Shown here: one piece after another, positions 22,896 through 31,581 of the stretch | How positions within the stretch are numbered: position 1 is the first letter of the stretch | How the letters are laid out: every line of letters starts with the position of its first letter | DNA from: a virus | Taxonomy: Duplodnaviria; Caudoviricetes | Direction: 5' to 3' (one strand) | Length of the DNA: 31,581 nucleotides | Virus record (IMG/VR): IMGVR_UViG_3300049009_000104 | Span: 1 to 31,581 of that record | Translations under genes and position numbers: made by a program | Notes under the pieces: model-generated | Database searches by the model: none | What the model was told of the DNA's origin: nothing | What the model saw: the letters and a program-made list of their open reading frames with translations, nothing else

Positions 22896-23470
22896 AGTTC
22901 CTGCCTCTTCTTTGCCTCTTCCTTTAGCCTTGCTTGCGTTTGCTCCTCTTCAATTTTATCCTTCATGCTGAACACTTCGCTATAAAGCGCCCCCATTTCG
23001 GGAGGTGATTGGTAGACCATGCACTCTCTGATTTGTACCACCAAGTTGTCCATCTCTTGCTGTGCCATCACTCTCTTGAGTGCTGACTCCATCAGGTTTT
23101 GGTCAGGGTCGTAGACGTTCTTGCTTTTCTCTTCCTCTTCCCTGATGTGCGCTGCTAGTTGTTCTTGGAGTCTGAAGAATTCTGTGAGGTTAGAAACAAT
23201 GTCAACTTTGACTTGAGTCTCGTCAACAGCGACATAGTCTGACTTCTTAGATTTACCAGCAGGCTTTGCAACTTGAGTCTTTGGCTTGCTACCAAAGAAC
23301 GCAAGTAGCTGACCCCAGAAGCCACGCACCTCTTTGCCAATGGCAACAACCTCATCAGCAGTTCTTTTGATCTCAACAAAAGATTCCTTAGCCTGCTTGT
23401 AAAGCTCGCACCCAGCTTGGATCTGTTTAACCAAGCCAGCCGCAAGTAGGCAGATGCTGATCGGATCAAT
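22772..23470 (-). CDS. Coiled-coil protein with C-terminal TM (probable ATT start)
   Basis: Frame open from ATT GAT CCG ATC AGC (MDPISICLLAAGLVKQIQAGC); track starts at TTG 23434. Confidence 0.65.
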   Translation of the reverse strand: MDPISICLLAAGLVKQIQAGCELYKQAKESFVEIKRTADEVVAIGKEVRGFWGQLLAFFGSKPKTQVAKPAGKSKKSDYVAVDETQVKVDIVSNLTEFFRLQEQLAAHIREEEEKSKNVYDPDQNLMESALKRVMAQQEMDNLVVQIRECMVYQSPPEMGALYSEVFSMKDKIEEEQTQARLKEEAKKRQELWLRKEEERNFQLKLGYLIATTIFLLYLWLWLLVVNRWGKT

Positions 23471-23665
23471 TTACAGCCCCAATAGCTTTTTGACAAACTC
23501 TGCCGCCACGCCTGGCCCAAACAACACAACCACCATTACCGCATACAAAAGGTATTCAATGCGAGTCATGCGTTTGTCTCCAGCGGTAAAAGACTTTTCA
23601 ATAGACTCATACCTTTGGGCGCAAATAGCTTCATGCACAGCAAAATCTTTTTCTAAATCGCTCAT
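23471..23665 (-). CDS. XhlA-like coiled-coil plus TM protein (holin-like)
   Basis: HEAICAQRY...RMTRIEYLLY followed by a TM segment. Confidence 0.6.
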   Translation of the reverse strand: MSDLEKDFAVHEAICAQRYESIEKSFTAGDKRMTRIEYLLYAVMVVVLFGPGVAAEFVKKLLGL

Positions 23666-23877
23666 GCTTCATCCGCTGGCAATGGTGTGTTGCCCTCTGC
23701 AAGCCATGCTAGGTAGGCTTGGTAGTCGGTGTTTTCAGCATTAAAAGGAATGCTTGTAACAGAGCCATCATTGTTATCTCTGTTGTCGGACGCAAAGGGA
23801 ATGAATGCGCCATCAGATACACGTTGGATGTACTCTTGTGAAAGTTTGCCGTTAATGTTTTTTACTTGTTTATACAT
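23662..23877 (-). CDS. Tail-fibre assembly/chaperone-like small protein
   Basis: DGAFIP...NTDYQAYLAWLAEGNTPLPAD. Confidence 0.65.
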   Translation of the reverse strand: MYKQVKNINGKLSQEYIQRVSDGAFIPFASDNRDNNDGSVTSIPFNAENTDYQAYLAWLAEGNTPLPADEA

Positions 23878-23878
23878 T

Positions 23879-24832
23879 TCATAACTCCGATGATGCTATC
23901 CAGCCATTTGCGCCTGTTGCTTGAACAACTACCCATGCCGCACCGCAATTGCCATACATTCCTGTACCTGATGCATCTGTTTGAATAAAACTAAGTGAAT
24001 ATGAACCACTTGCACCTGATCTAGAATAATTCCATGCGCCAGTTTGACTCATTGTGGGAGATGTACGTTTTTGTACAGAAAATTGAACCCACAACATTGC
24101 ATTGTTAGTTCCATCAGAAACTAATGAACAATACACATTACTATTTTTTTCATAGTATCTTTGGCAAAGTTGAAACTCAGTCCCATAAGGTCTGTAATCA
24201 AAGCTCGTTGCAACAGACGATTCTTCTAATTGCACATTACCAATAACCCAAGTGCCTGAAATTTGTGCGCCAACAGTAAAGACAATTTCAATACCTGTTG
24301 TAGCGGCGGCAGGAATGCTGATTTGGGTGCTGTAGTTTGTCAATGTTGACGTTACAGTAAATGTGCCTGTTGCAATCTGAGTGCGTGTAGGGCTTGCTAA
24401 TGTGCCAAACGTGTCTGCTGTGGTTGCATAGTATGCAGTCCATGTGACTGTGGTCAGCAAGCTGTTTGAAAGATTGACAGACAACGTGGCAGTAGAGCCA
24501 GCCATGTCATAGCTATTCAATTGTTCAATACGTTGACCAACGCCAATCGCCGTGACTGATGCTGCGCCAGTAATCTGCAAGTTATTCTTTATTGCGCCTG
24601 AACCAGCTACCTGTGCCGCAGTTACGTTTGCACCAGTACAGTAGACATAGAAACGGTCTACAGTTGAATAACCAGCGGCAATGGTCGAGCCAGCGGTAAT
24701 TGTTGCAGACGTTGCTCTTTGTGCAATTTGCATCTGACCATTGATGATGCGGTTGCGAAAGCCAAACGTGGAAGCAGAATCAAACTGCCCTGCAAGGGTA
24801 ATACCTGTTGTTCCTGATATTGCGATAGGCAT
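23879..24832 (-). CDS. Tail-fibre / receptor-binding subunit
   Basis: GFRNRIINGQMQIAQR...VQLEE..VATSFDYRPYGTEFQLCQRYY. Confidence 0.7.
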   Translation of the reverse strand: MPIAISGTTGITLAGQFDSASTFGFRNRIINGQMQIAQRATSATITAGSTIAAGYSTVDRFYVYCTGANVTAAQVAGSGAIKNNLQITGAASVTAIGVGQRIEQLNSYDMAGSTATLSVNLSNSLLTTVTWTAYYATTADTFGTLASPTRTQIATGTFTVTSTLTNYSTQISIPAAATTGIEIVFTVGAQISGTWVIGNVQLEESSVATSFDYRPYGTEFQLCQRYYEKNSNVYCSLVSDGTNNAMLWVQFSVQKRTSPTMSQTGAWNYSRSGASGSYSLSFIQTDASGTGMYGNCGAAWVVVQATGANGWIASSEL

Positions 24833-24835
24833 GAT

Positions 24836-25099
24836 TTATTCCTTTGGGTATTTAGCTTTGACTGCCAAGCAATCAGCGATGTACTTGTCAATCTGCGCTT
24901 GGTTGCCCTTGACTACTCCATCAATGTAGTCTGTGATTGGTGGGTACTCAGCGGCACGTTTTTCAGCGTAAGTTGGCGTGTACACAGGTCGTAGTGCTTC
25001 AGCTTCTGCATCCGTAATAGCAACAGAACCAGCGGGAAGCAAATGAGCAAATTCAGGCTCGATGAAGTGCAAAGAATTGTCGGGGGCTTTGTAAAACAT
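24836..25099 (-). CDS. Tail-fibre chaperone-like small protein
   Basis: YAEKRAAEYPPITDYIDG...CLAVKAKYPK. Confidence 0.65.
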   Translation of the reverse strand: MFYKAPDNSLHFIEPEFAHLLPAGSVAITDAEAEALRPVYTPTYAEKRAAEYPPITDYIDGVVKGNQAQIDKYIADCLAVKAKYPKE

Positions 25100-25103
25100 T
25101 TGA

Positions 25104-25961
25104 TTACCTCAGTTCAACTGGGCTACTGTACGAACCCGAATTTGTTGTGTAGTTGTATGACGCTCCCGCAGGGACAATGCCTCCAACGTGCGTTTGAGTT
25201 GTTGCAACGGTGACTGTCTGATTAACAGTTATGCCATTAACAAAAAGAGCAATGTTGCTACTCACCGCTAAAAATACTGCGGTGTATATAGGTTTTCCAG
25301 TAGTGTTGTAGTAAGTCACTCCTGTGGTGCGCGTGACATTTTGCCAAAGTTGATTAAAACCTAGCGATGACAGAGCCGCCAAAGCCTGACCGCCAACGCC
25401 TTGAATAGTTGACGGTGCGGTTGCCCATGTGCCTGCCGTGGCTTGGGTGCTGTCGATGAAACCAATCACTCGGTATGCAACGCTTGTTCGGGCTGTTGTT
25501 GAATAGACAACGCTTGCACTATCAGCCGCACCAGCGCCGCCCTCGGCGGTTGTGGATATAAGGTTTGTCTCATCAAGCTGAGTTCCACCGCTAATATTTA
25601 CCGCCGCTAATTCAATCGTTCCAGCATTGTTGAGGGCAATTACCACAATCCGTGAAGCAACAGCGCTTACCGTTCCAAGTGTTGAACCGCTTGAAATAAC
25701 CAAGTCGGCGGGTGTACCTGAGACAGTAGTAACAGTACCACTACCTAATGTGGTTGAGCGAAAATCCAACGCAAGTGCAGAAGCCGAAATGGTCAAGGCG
25801 CTAGACGCAACGGAAGCGGAAATAGGTTGGATTTCACCCCCCACACTTAATACGCCTGTTGTCTGTGGCAACGTCAGCGTGTAGTTGCTGTTGGTGTTTG
25901 GTGCGGCAATGGTCAGCGTACCTGTGCCGCTGGCGTTACCTTGTACTTGTACTAAGCTCAT
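25104..25961 (-). CDS. Tail-fibre subunit
   Basis: 285 aa, Thr/Ser/Ala-rich; QLWQNVTRTTGVTYYNTTGKPI C-terminal module. Confidence 0.7.
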   Translation of the reverse strand: MSLVQVQGNASGTGTLTIAAPNTNSNYTLTLPQTTGVLSVGGEIQPISASVASSALTISASALALDFRSTTLGSGTVTTVSGTPADLVISSGSTLGTVSAVASRIVVIALNNAGTIELAAVNISGGTQLDETNLISTTAEGGAGAADSASVVYSTTARTSVAYRVIGFIDSTQATAGTWATAPSTIQGVGGQALAALSSLGFNQLWQNVTRTTGVTYYNTTGKPIYTAVFLAVSSNIALFVNGITVNQTVTVATTQTHVGGIVPAGASYNYTTNSGSYSSPVELR

Positions 25962-26128
25962 GCTAATTGCTCCTCTGTAGGTGCTGTTAATGCATCTGCA
26001 AGTGCTTTAGCTTCTGCCTCTGCTTGCTGCGCCGCTACTGCCGCATCATGAATGGCTTGTTCTTCAGCGGTGTACTCAACGATTGAGGTCACGCCTGTCT
26101 CTACATTTACTACGATTCTGTGTGTCAT
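25958..26128 (-). CDS. Small fibre-associated protein (56 aa)
   Basis: MTHRIVVNVETGVTSIVEYTAEE; SD AAGGA. Confidence 0.6.
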   Translation of the reverse strand: MTHRIVVNVETGVTSIVEYTAEEQAIHDAAVAAQQAEAEAKALADALTAPTEEQLA

Positions 26129-26132
26129 GTTG

Positions 26133-26669
26133 TTATCCTTCGTACAAAATGTTAATAGAGCCAGCGTCAAAGGTGTCTGTGCCGTTGACTGTGGTGATAC
26201 GTACTCGGTCAAGAGTTGCGGCAGTAGTTTTATTTCCTCCACCTTGAACTGAATAAGACGAGCCTCCTGAACTCAACCCAAGAACATGCGCTCCAACCCA
26301 CTCATTAGAGCCTAATGAAGTAAAACTTACCTGACCGTAAAATAAATTACCTGCTGCGTTGCTAAAAATAATAAAACCCGCAGTAGATGTTGTTCCTCCA
26401 GCAAGAGTTGCACCTCCAGTAATAGCGCCATAAGAAATATAACCGCTAGTTTCTACACCGCTAGATGTCCCTAGCTGTAACAAAATTGCAGATGTACCAC
26501 TTACAGAAACGCCGCTAAACATCACAGTAATACGCTTCACCCAAGAAGGGATGCTGGTGAAGTCAATGCTTGTGCCTGATGTAGATGGAACAAGAGTACC
26601 CGAAGTAATACCCAGCACAGCGCCTGAGTTGATCGTAACGCTTGATGACCCGTTAATAGTTACTGCCAT
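26133..26669 (-). CDS. Tail-fibre subunit
   Basis: STSGTSIDFTSIPSWVKRITV...LDRVRITTVNGTDTFDAGSINILYE. Confidence 0.7.
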   Translation of the reverse strand: MAVTINGSSSVTINSGAVLGITSGTLVPSTSGTSIDFTSIPSWVKRITVMFSGVSVSGTSAILLQLGTSSGVETSGYISYGAITGGATLAGGTTSTAGFIIFSNAAGNLFYGQVSFTSLGSNEWVGAHVLGLSSGGSSYSVQGGGNKTTAATLDRVRITTVNGTDTFDAGSINILYEG

Positions 26670-26678
26670 GATTTTTCC

Positions 26679-28028
26679 TTAGAGAACAACCCAGTTGCTA
26701 CCGCTGGGGACTGTGACTGTGATGCCTGAGTTGATGGTGATTGGCCCTGTACTCATAGCGTTTTTGCTTGTAGAAATGGTGTAGTTTGTAGTGACTGTTT
26801 GACCGTTCTCAATGAAGATGTCATCACTGCCACCACCAGTTGCACCGCCACCCACTGAAGACCATGCAGTGCCGTTGTACCCTTCAAACTTTGCAAGGGT
26901 GCTGTTAAACCGCAAATAACCAGCACTGGGTGCGCCATCTCGTTGACCAGTTGTACCTGCTGGCATATAGGCAGAACCTGTTGCCGAAGATTGAGATACA
27001 AACCCAGTACCTGAAACATATGCAGCTACCCAAGCAGATCCTGTGTACAACAACATAACTCCGCTAACGGAATTAAAATATAAAGCCCCACCTAACAGAG
27101 CATTACCATCATTATCCAAAGTTGGATTAGATGTTTTTGATCCAAGGTAACGGTCATCAAAATTATCGTATGCAGTTAATGTTGCATCTCTTGCGGATTC
27201 AGCAGATGCTTGTGCGCTTGCGGCACTTGATGCACTTGTAGATGCCGCCTGTGCATGGTACTTAGCAGAGTATTCTCCACCAGCAACAGTACCAGAAGTC
27301 TTAGTTGCCCAGTCATTGGCAAGAACTGCTGAAGCGGCGGCAGCACTTGCAGAAGCGGCGGCAGAGGCAACACTGCTACCATCAATAACTAAGTCCCATT
27401 TTGCAGAATCTGCATTGGTAGAAATAGGTGTAGTACCTGAAGATGTATGTGCAGTATTAACCCTGTAGATACTGCTATTGCTGGAGTCTTTAACCAAGTC
27501 ACGCACTGAGTACGATGTACCTGATGCCCAGTTACCACGCCAGTTACCAATGTCTTCACCAACAACTGGATTTCCTAAACTGTCAAAAGCCAATATCTTT
27601 CCAGCACGACTGGTCTTGCTTGGCAAAATCATGTTAATGTCTGTTGGATCAGTAACAGGAGCTTTCAGTCCACGCTCTGCCTTTTCATCTGTCTGCTGGC
27701 TAAAGATCACCAAGCTGTCAAACTCATCGTTCAACGAGTTGGCAAACAAATCACCACCAGTCACAAAGTCTGTTGCCCTTGCAATTGCTCGGTCACCAAC
27801 CAAAGTAATGTTGTCGGCTCCTGTTGCGGCAACGACAAGTGTTACTGATCCAGTTCCATTGCTGTTGATCGTAACTGTGTAGTTAGTTGTCAGCGTCAAC
27901 AAGGTGCTGTTTTTGTAAACAGCAATGTCGGTGTTTGCTAAGATTTCAAAGCTAAAGCTGTATGGCCCAACTCCAGCAGAGCCAGTGTATACAACACGCC
28001 TTGTTACATCAGAAATAGGGAATGCCAT
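26679..28028 (-). CDS. Tail fibre protein with T7 gp17-like N-terminal adaptor
   Basis: YTGSAGVGPYSFSFEI...DF..G...LNDEFDSL N-terminal domain. Confidence 0.8.
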   Translation of the reverse strand: MAFPISDVTRRVVYTGSAGVGPYSFSFEILANTDIAVYKNSTLLTLTTNYTVTINSNGTGSVTLVVAATGADNITLVGDRAIARATDFVTGGDLFANSLNDEFDSLVIFSQQTDEKAERGLKAPVTDPTDINMILPSKTSRAGKILAFDSLGNPVVGEDIGNWRGNWASGTSYSVRDLVKDSSNSSIYRVNTAHTSSGTTPISTNADSAKWDLVIDGSSVASAAASASAAAASAVLANDWATKTSGTVAGGEYSAKYHAQAASTSASSAASAQASAESARDATLTAYDNFDDRYLGSKTSNPTLDNDGNALLGGALYFNSVSGVMLLYTGSAWVAAYVSGTGFVSQSSATGSAYMPAGTTGQRDGAPSAGYLRFNSTLAKFEGYNGTAWSSVGGGATGGGSDDIFIENGQTVTTNYTISTSKNAMSTGPITINSGITVTVPSGSNWVVL

Positions 28029-30982
28029 TATTTAGCTCCTTTGCCAAATTCTTTGAGTTTTTCAGCTTTATCCGAAATGCGTTTTTTAATGTCATCACCA
28101 TAAATGCTTTCATCAATTAAAAGTTTTTTAGAAACTTCAAACACATCACTGAATGTCTTGCTAATCATATTTTGATATACGATTAAAGGTTGTTTATTGT
28201 CGTCTTCTTTGATCATTTGCACAACGGCTTTTACTTCATCTTCCAATTTAAGTTTTTTATTTGCAATGCGAATAACCTCGTTATATTCTTCAGATGTCAA
28301 CTTGGTATTTCCAGAAAGTCCAGTGTTCGGATCTTGCATAGTAATTTGTCTACTAGGCATAGCAATGTTTGCATTTAACTGAATCAACGCCTGATCAGTC
28401 TCAGACATCTTTCCTTCCTTCATACGCAATGGTGACCATGTGTATTCATGCGGAACTGTCTCACCATAAATGTTAAGCATGGGCGGTAAGTCCTCAGACA
28501 AGCCAGGTGTCTCAGACTTCCATTTGTTGACAGCATCCATCAAACCTTTGAGGCCAGCAGGTAAATTAGGATCTGCTTGGTAGTCTCTGCGAAGCGGATC
28601 AATCTTTTCCTTGGTGCTGGTAACTAAACCAGACAGTGGCTCAACGGATTTGATGGCAACAGTTGTACCAATACGAGCAATACCATTCAGCATTTCAACC
28701 ATATGTTGCCTACTATTTGGCACACTGCCGCCAAGCAAAGATGTAATATTGCTCACACCAGTTAGCATTGGATGTTCCAACATATAGTTGGCAACACCAA
28801 ACACAATACCGCCAGCCAGCGCATTGACACGACTGTCGTCTTCCTCATACCTAGCATAGTCAACATAGTCAGCAGACATACCCATCAAAGCGCCAATTGG
28901 CTCCATGCCTTGATAGCTTAGGTAAACCTTGCCTGCGTAATCACCAGAACCAAATCGCACCATGCCAGGGAACTGCGAAAAGTCTTGACGCATATCTTCT
29001 GATATTCCACTGATATCAAACACAAAGCTGTATGGTTGCCAACCTTGGCGCTCCATTGCTTGGCGTGTTCCTTTGTCGCCAGGGCCTGATCCTGTAATCG
29101 TGCCATTGGTAGCCATCTGGCTAAATCCATATATAGCAGCACCTCCAAGACCAACCTTGGTCATTGCCATATCAGCTTCTTTTCCACCTTGTTTCATTGC
29201 AGTCCAAAATGAATTGGTAAATGGAGCGAATGGTGTACGAGCTACAGCTTCACCCATCACATTAACTGGTGTTGCAATAAATGGTAGTTGAGTACGCAAA
29301 GCAAATCCAGTAGCTGTATTTGGCGTTAAAGCAGATTGAATTTTTCCAGCAGTACCTTCAAGCCTTTGAGTAAATGTCCCAGTTTCTGCCAGACCAGCAA
29401 TGTAATCTGGTGGCTCTAACAAAAATTTATCGATAGCATCAGATTTTGCTTTAAGTGCATCTGTAACAGTTGATCCACTCTTTAATGCATCATCAAATGT
29501 TTTGATGCCAAGGCGTGTGGTTTCAGCCGACAGTTCATAGGTGTAGTTCACACCCTTAAAGAATTCATCAGATGTCATCAATGCACGACCAGGCAATGTG
29601 GTCACATAATTTATTGACCTAATGCCAGCCGACAATAAAGAGCCATCTGCTTTAGCATTAAATAACTCTAAACGAGATTGTTGTCTGGCAATTTTGGTTG
29701 GATCATTCCATCCTTTTGGTACGCCATTTACAAACGCATGAGACATTAATTCCCAGCCATTACGCACAGCAGTTGTTGTGGATGCCAGCATGGTTGGCAC
29801 TTCCAACAATGAGTATGCATCGTCACCACCAAGACCAATGCCTTGTCGCACTGTTCCAATTGTTGCGGCAACAGCACGTTCAGTCATGCGCCATGGCAAG
29901 AATACAGTGTTACTCAAAGCATTCTTCAAATGTGTGCCTGGTCGAGACAAAATACCATTGACATAGACTGTGTATAACTTTTCCCAAGGATTACCTTGTG
30001 CCATACCTTTAATAAGATTTGCCTTACCTTCTGGAGTTTTAATATCCAAATAGGCTTGAGCAAACTTTACAATGTCAGTCTCATTGCCAAAGTTCTCAAT
30101 GATGTTTGAAATATCCACAGCGCCATCACGAGGCATACGCATCACAGCCAAAGACTGAGCGACATTAGTTTGGTAACCCTTGACACTTTGCTGAAGTAAA
30201 TTGTGAAAGTGAATAGTCTGAGCCATCTCTGCCAACTCAGTTGGAGTAGCAGATCCATCAGCAACCTTTGCAGCCAGTCCATCCAAATGCTTGGCACTGG
30301 CAACCATGGCATTCAATGCCTTGTATGTGTTCTCAGGAGTTACCTGTAACTTACCGCTTGTAATGTCATCAATGAATTTAGGGCCAATGCCAGCACCTTC
30401 AGCGGCAAGACGTACATCATCAAATGTAATTGTCTTGGTCTTGAGGCCAGACATCTTGTTCATGGTTTCAATGGTTGACTTGATGTCTTCCGTTGTTTCC
30501 ATCTTTGGCAGATTGAATACAGTTGTTGGTGGGACTTCTGCTGCTAGATCTGCTGTTGAACGAAGATTCTGTATGTCAGCACGTTGGCTTGAAAATGCTT
30601 GAGGCGTAATTGCTGGATCGGCATTGACTTGCACTTTGGCGGCAATAGCGGCTTCTGTCTTGCTGCTAGTAACGCCAGCATTGATTGCGGCTTTTGCTGT
30701 ATCTTCAACGGCGGCGGCAGTAGCGGCCTCTGGTGTTAATGGTGCAACAGGTGGTCTACGAATTTCAACAGGCTTAAGCTTCCTTAAGACTTCACGCATA
30801 ACTTCACCACGACCACCAGCAACCTGAATGCTTTCTTCCTGTGCTTCTGGTTGCATTGAACCCATAGCATCAACAGTTGCTGTTTCTGTCATTGGAACGG
30901 CAGCAAGTTCTTCTCGTTGACTCTGATCAACAAGTCCTTCATTCATCTGATCAAGTTTTAGATCAAGTTGCTTGACTGTCAT
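28028..30982 (-). CDS. Large internal virion (ejectosome) protein
   Basis: 984 aa directly upstream of the fibre gene (T7 gp16 position); PFIATPVNV, GWQPYS motifs. Confidence 0.7.
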   Translation of the reverse strand: MTVKQLDLKLDQMNEGLVDQSQREELAAVPMTETATVDAMGSMQPEAQEESIQVAGGRGEVMREVLRKLKPVEIRRPPVAPLTPEAATAAAVEDTAKAAINAGVTSSKTEAAIAAKVQVNADPAITPQAFSSQRADIQNLRSTADLAAEVPPTTVFNLPKMETTEDIKSTIETMNKMSGLKTKTITFDDVRLAAEGAGIGPKFIDDITSGKLQVTPENTYKALNAMVASAKHLDGLAAKVADGSATPTELAEMAQTIHFHNLLQQSVKGYQTNVAQSLAVMRMPRDGAVDISNIIENFGNETDIVKFAQAYLDIKTPEGKANLIKGMAQGNPWEKLYTVYVNGILSRPGTHLKNALSNTVFLPWRMTERAVAATIGTVRQGIGLGGDDAYSLLEVPTMLASTTTAVRNGWELMSHAFVNGVPKGWNDPTKIARQQSRLELFNAKADGSLLSAGIRSINYVTTLPGRALMTSDEFFKGVNYTYELSAETTRLGIKTFDDALKSGSTVTDALKAKSDAIDKFLLEPPDYIAGLAETGTFTQRLEGTAGKIQSALTPNTATGFALRTQLPFIATPVNVMGEAVARTPFAPFTNSFWTAMKQGGKEADMAMTKVGLGGAAIYGFSQMATNGTITGSGPGDKGTRQAMERQGWQPYSFVFDISGISEDMRQDFSQFPGMVRFGSGDYAGKVYLSYQGMEPIGALMGMSADYVDYARYEEDDSRVNALAGGIVFGVANYMLEHPMLTGVSNITSLLGGSVPNSRQHMVEMLNGIARIGTTVAIKSVEPLSGLVTSTKEKIDPLRRDYQADPNLPAGLKGLMDAVNKWKSETPGLSEDLPPMLNIYGETVPHEYTWSPLRMKEGKMSETDQALIQLNANIAMPSRQITMQDPNTGLSGNTKLTSEEYNEVIRIANKKLKLEDEVKAVVQMIKEDDNKQPLIVYQNMISKTFSDVFEVSKKLLIDESIYGDDIKKRISDKAEKLKEFGKGAK

Positions 30983-31566
30983 TATTTTTCTTCCTTAACC
31001 AATGACTTGACTTTTTTGACAACACCCTTGCCTATAGTCTTTGCCGCCTGTACGCCAGGCAATACATTTAATGCACCAACAGTACCTTCAATTCCAGCAG
31101 ATACAAGATCACCTTCCTTTGCAGATCTAACACCTTCTTCAATTGCCAATACACCTTCTTCAACGTACATAGGAAGCATGGCTGTACCAATTGCTGTACC
31201 AATGCCAGGCAACATTGCCAAAGCATCTACAAGACCCATTTGTGCTGGAAAGTTACTACTTGCACCACCAATAAAAGATTCAGCATTTTGACGAGCTTTG
31301 TAACGATCTACACCAAGGCTTTCTAAAATACCCTGAAGCTTACTAGCAGTTTGCTCACGCATGGTTGGATTAAAAGATTTCATCTCAGCCTGAGCTTCAC
31401 CAGAGTAGGCAGTCTCAGGCAAGTTACGAGATCCAACCTCAGCCACCAAGACATCGCCAGCTTGACTAGTGCCTGCCGCTTGAACAGGCGCAGGCTCAAC
31501 AATAGGATCAGGCGCTGGGTAGAACACGCTATCCCAGTCTTTGCGGAGTTCTCGCTCTAGACTCAT
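30982..31566 (-). CDS. Putative internal virion protein
   Basis: 194 aa with Gly/Ala-rich hydrophobic helices; TAATG-coupled to the 984-aa gene. Confidence 0.55.
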   Translation of the reverse strand: MSLERELRKDWDSVFYPAPDPIVEPAPVQAAGTSQAGDVLVAEVGSRNLPETAYSGEAQAEMKSFNPTMREQTASKLQGILESLGVDRYKARQNAESFIGGASSNFPAQMGLVDALAMLPGIGTAIGTAMLPMYVEEGVLAIEEGVRSAKEGDLVSAGIEGTVGALNVLPGVQAAKTIGKGVVKKVKSLVKEEK

Positions 31567-31581
31567 AGATTGTCCTTATAG

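Noticed and set aside
23155-23529. 124-aa alternative-frame ORF inside the coiled-coil gene (and 11010-11513 inside terL)
   Set aside because: No SD, signal peptide or motif, unlike the nested Rz1; treated as chance open frames
23879-28028. BPP-1-type diversity-generating retroelement acting on tail fibres
   Set aside because: No reverse transcriptase and no TR/VR repeat pair differing at adenines was seen
30960-31000. Frameshift splitting one large internal virion protein into 194 and 984 aa
   Set aside because: TAATG overlap with an AAGGA SD is ordinary translational coupling; no evidence of a broken gene without homologue alignment

Overview
Most of the genome of a small podovirus-like tailed phage (Caudoviricetes) with a T7/BPP-1-type virion gene set. 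The host is probably a Beta- or Gammaproteobacterium, inferred from the two-component spanins, sigma70-type promoters and a CTGT-N8-ACAG LexA-type box. Nearly all genes are on the minus strand. One arm reads terS, terL, GNAT, small virion genes, portal, a 4-gene collagen/YadA fibre insert, Bbp19-like gene, scaffold, about 660 nt of structured non-coding DNA, major capsid, decoration protein, tail adaptor and nozzle (truncated). The other arm reads internal virion proteins, T7 gp17-like fibre, three fibre/chaperone pairs, and a lysis cassette with a GH19 endolysin. Between them lie a compositionally distinct ~3.3 kb early-gene island, a RusA/small-gene operon, an RHH regulator and a divergent plus-strand YqaJ-exonuclease/ERF operon. 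No integrase, DNA or RNA polymerase, primase, helicase, RT, tRNA or CRISPR was seen. The most notable unexplained signals are: (1) a promoter-driven riboregulator plus ~285 nt multi-hairpin, possibly pseudoknotted ncRNA between scaffold and capsid; (2) a capsid leader with a repeated GG-AYAA-CC/GG-C-CC internal loop under a 19-bp-spacer promoter; (3) a second ncRNA/origin candidate near 12.6-12.9 kb; (4) a secreted 6-Cys mini-protein; (5) an early island purged of CCTC/GGAG words; (6) a probable AUU start codon. All family assignments come from motif recognition and gene order, not from database searches.
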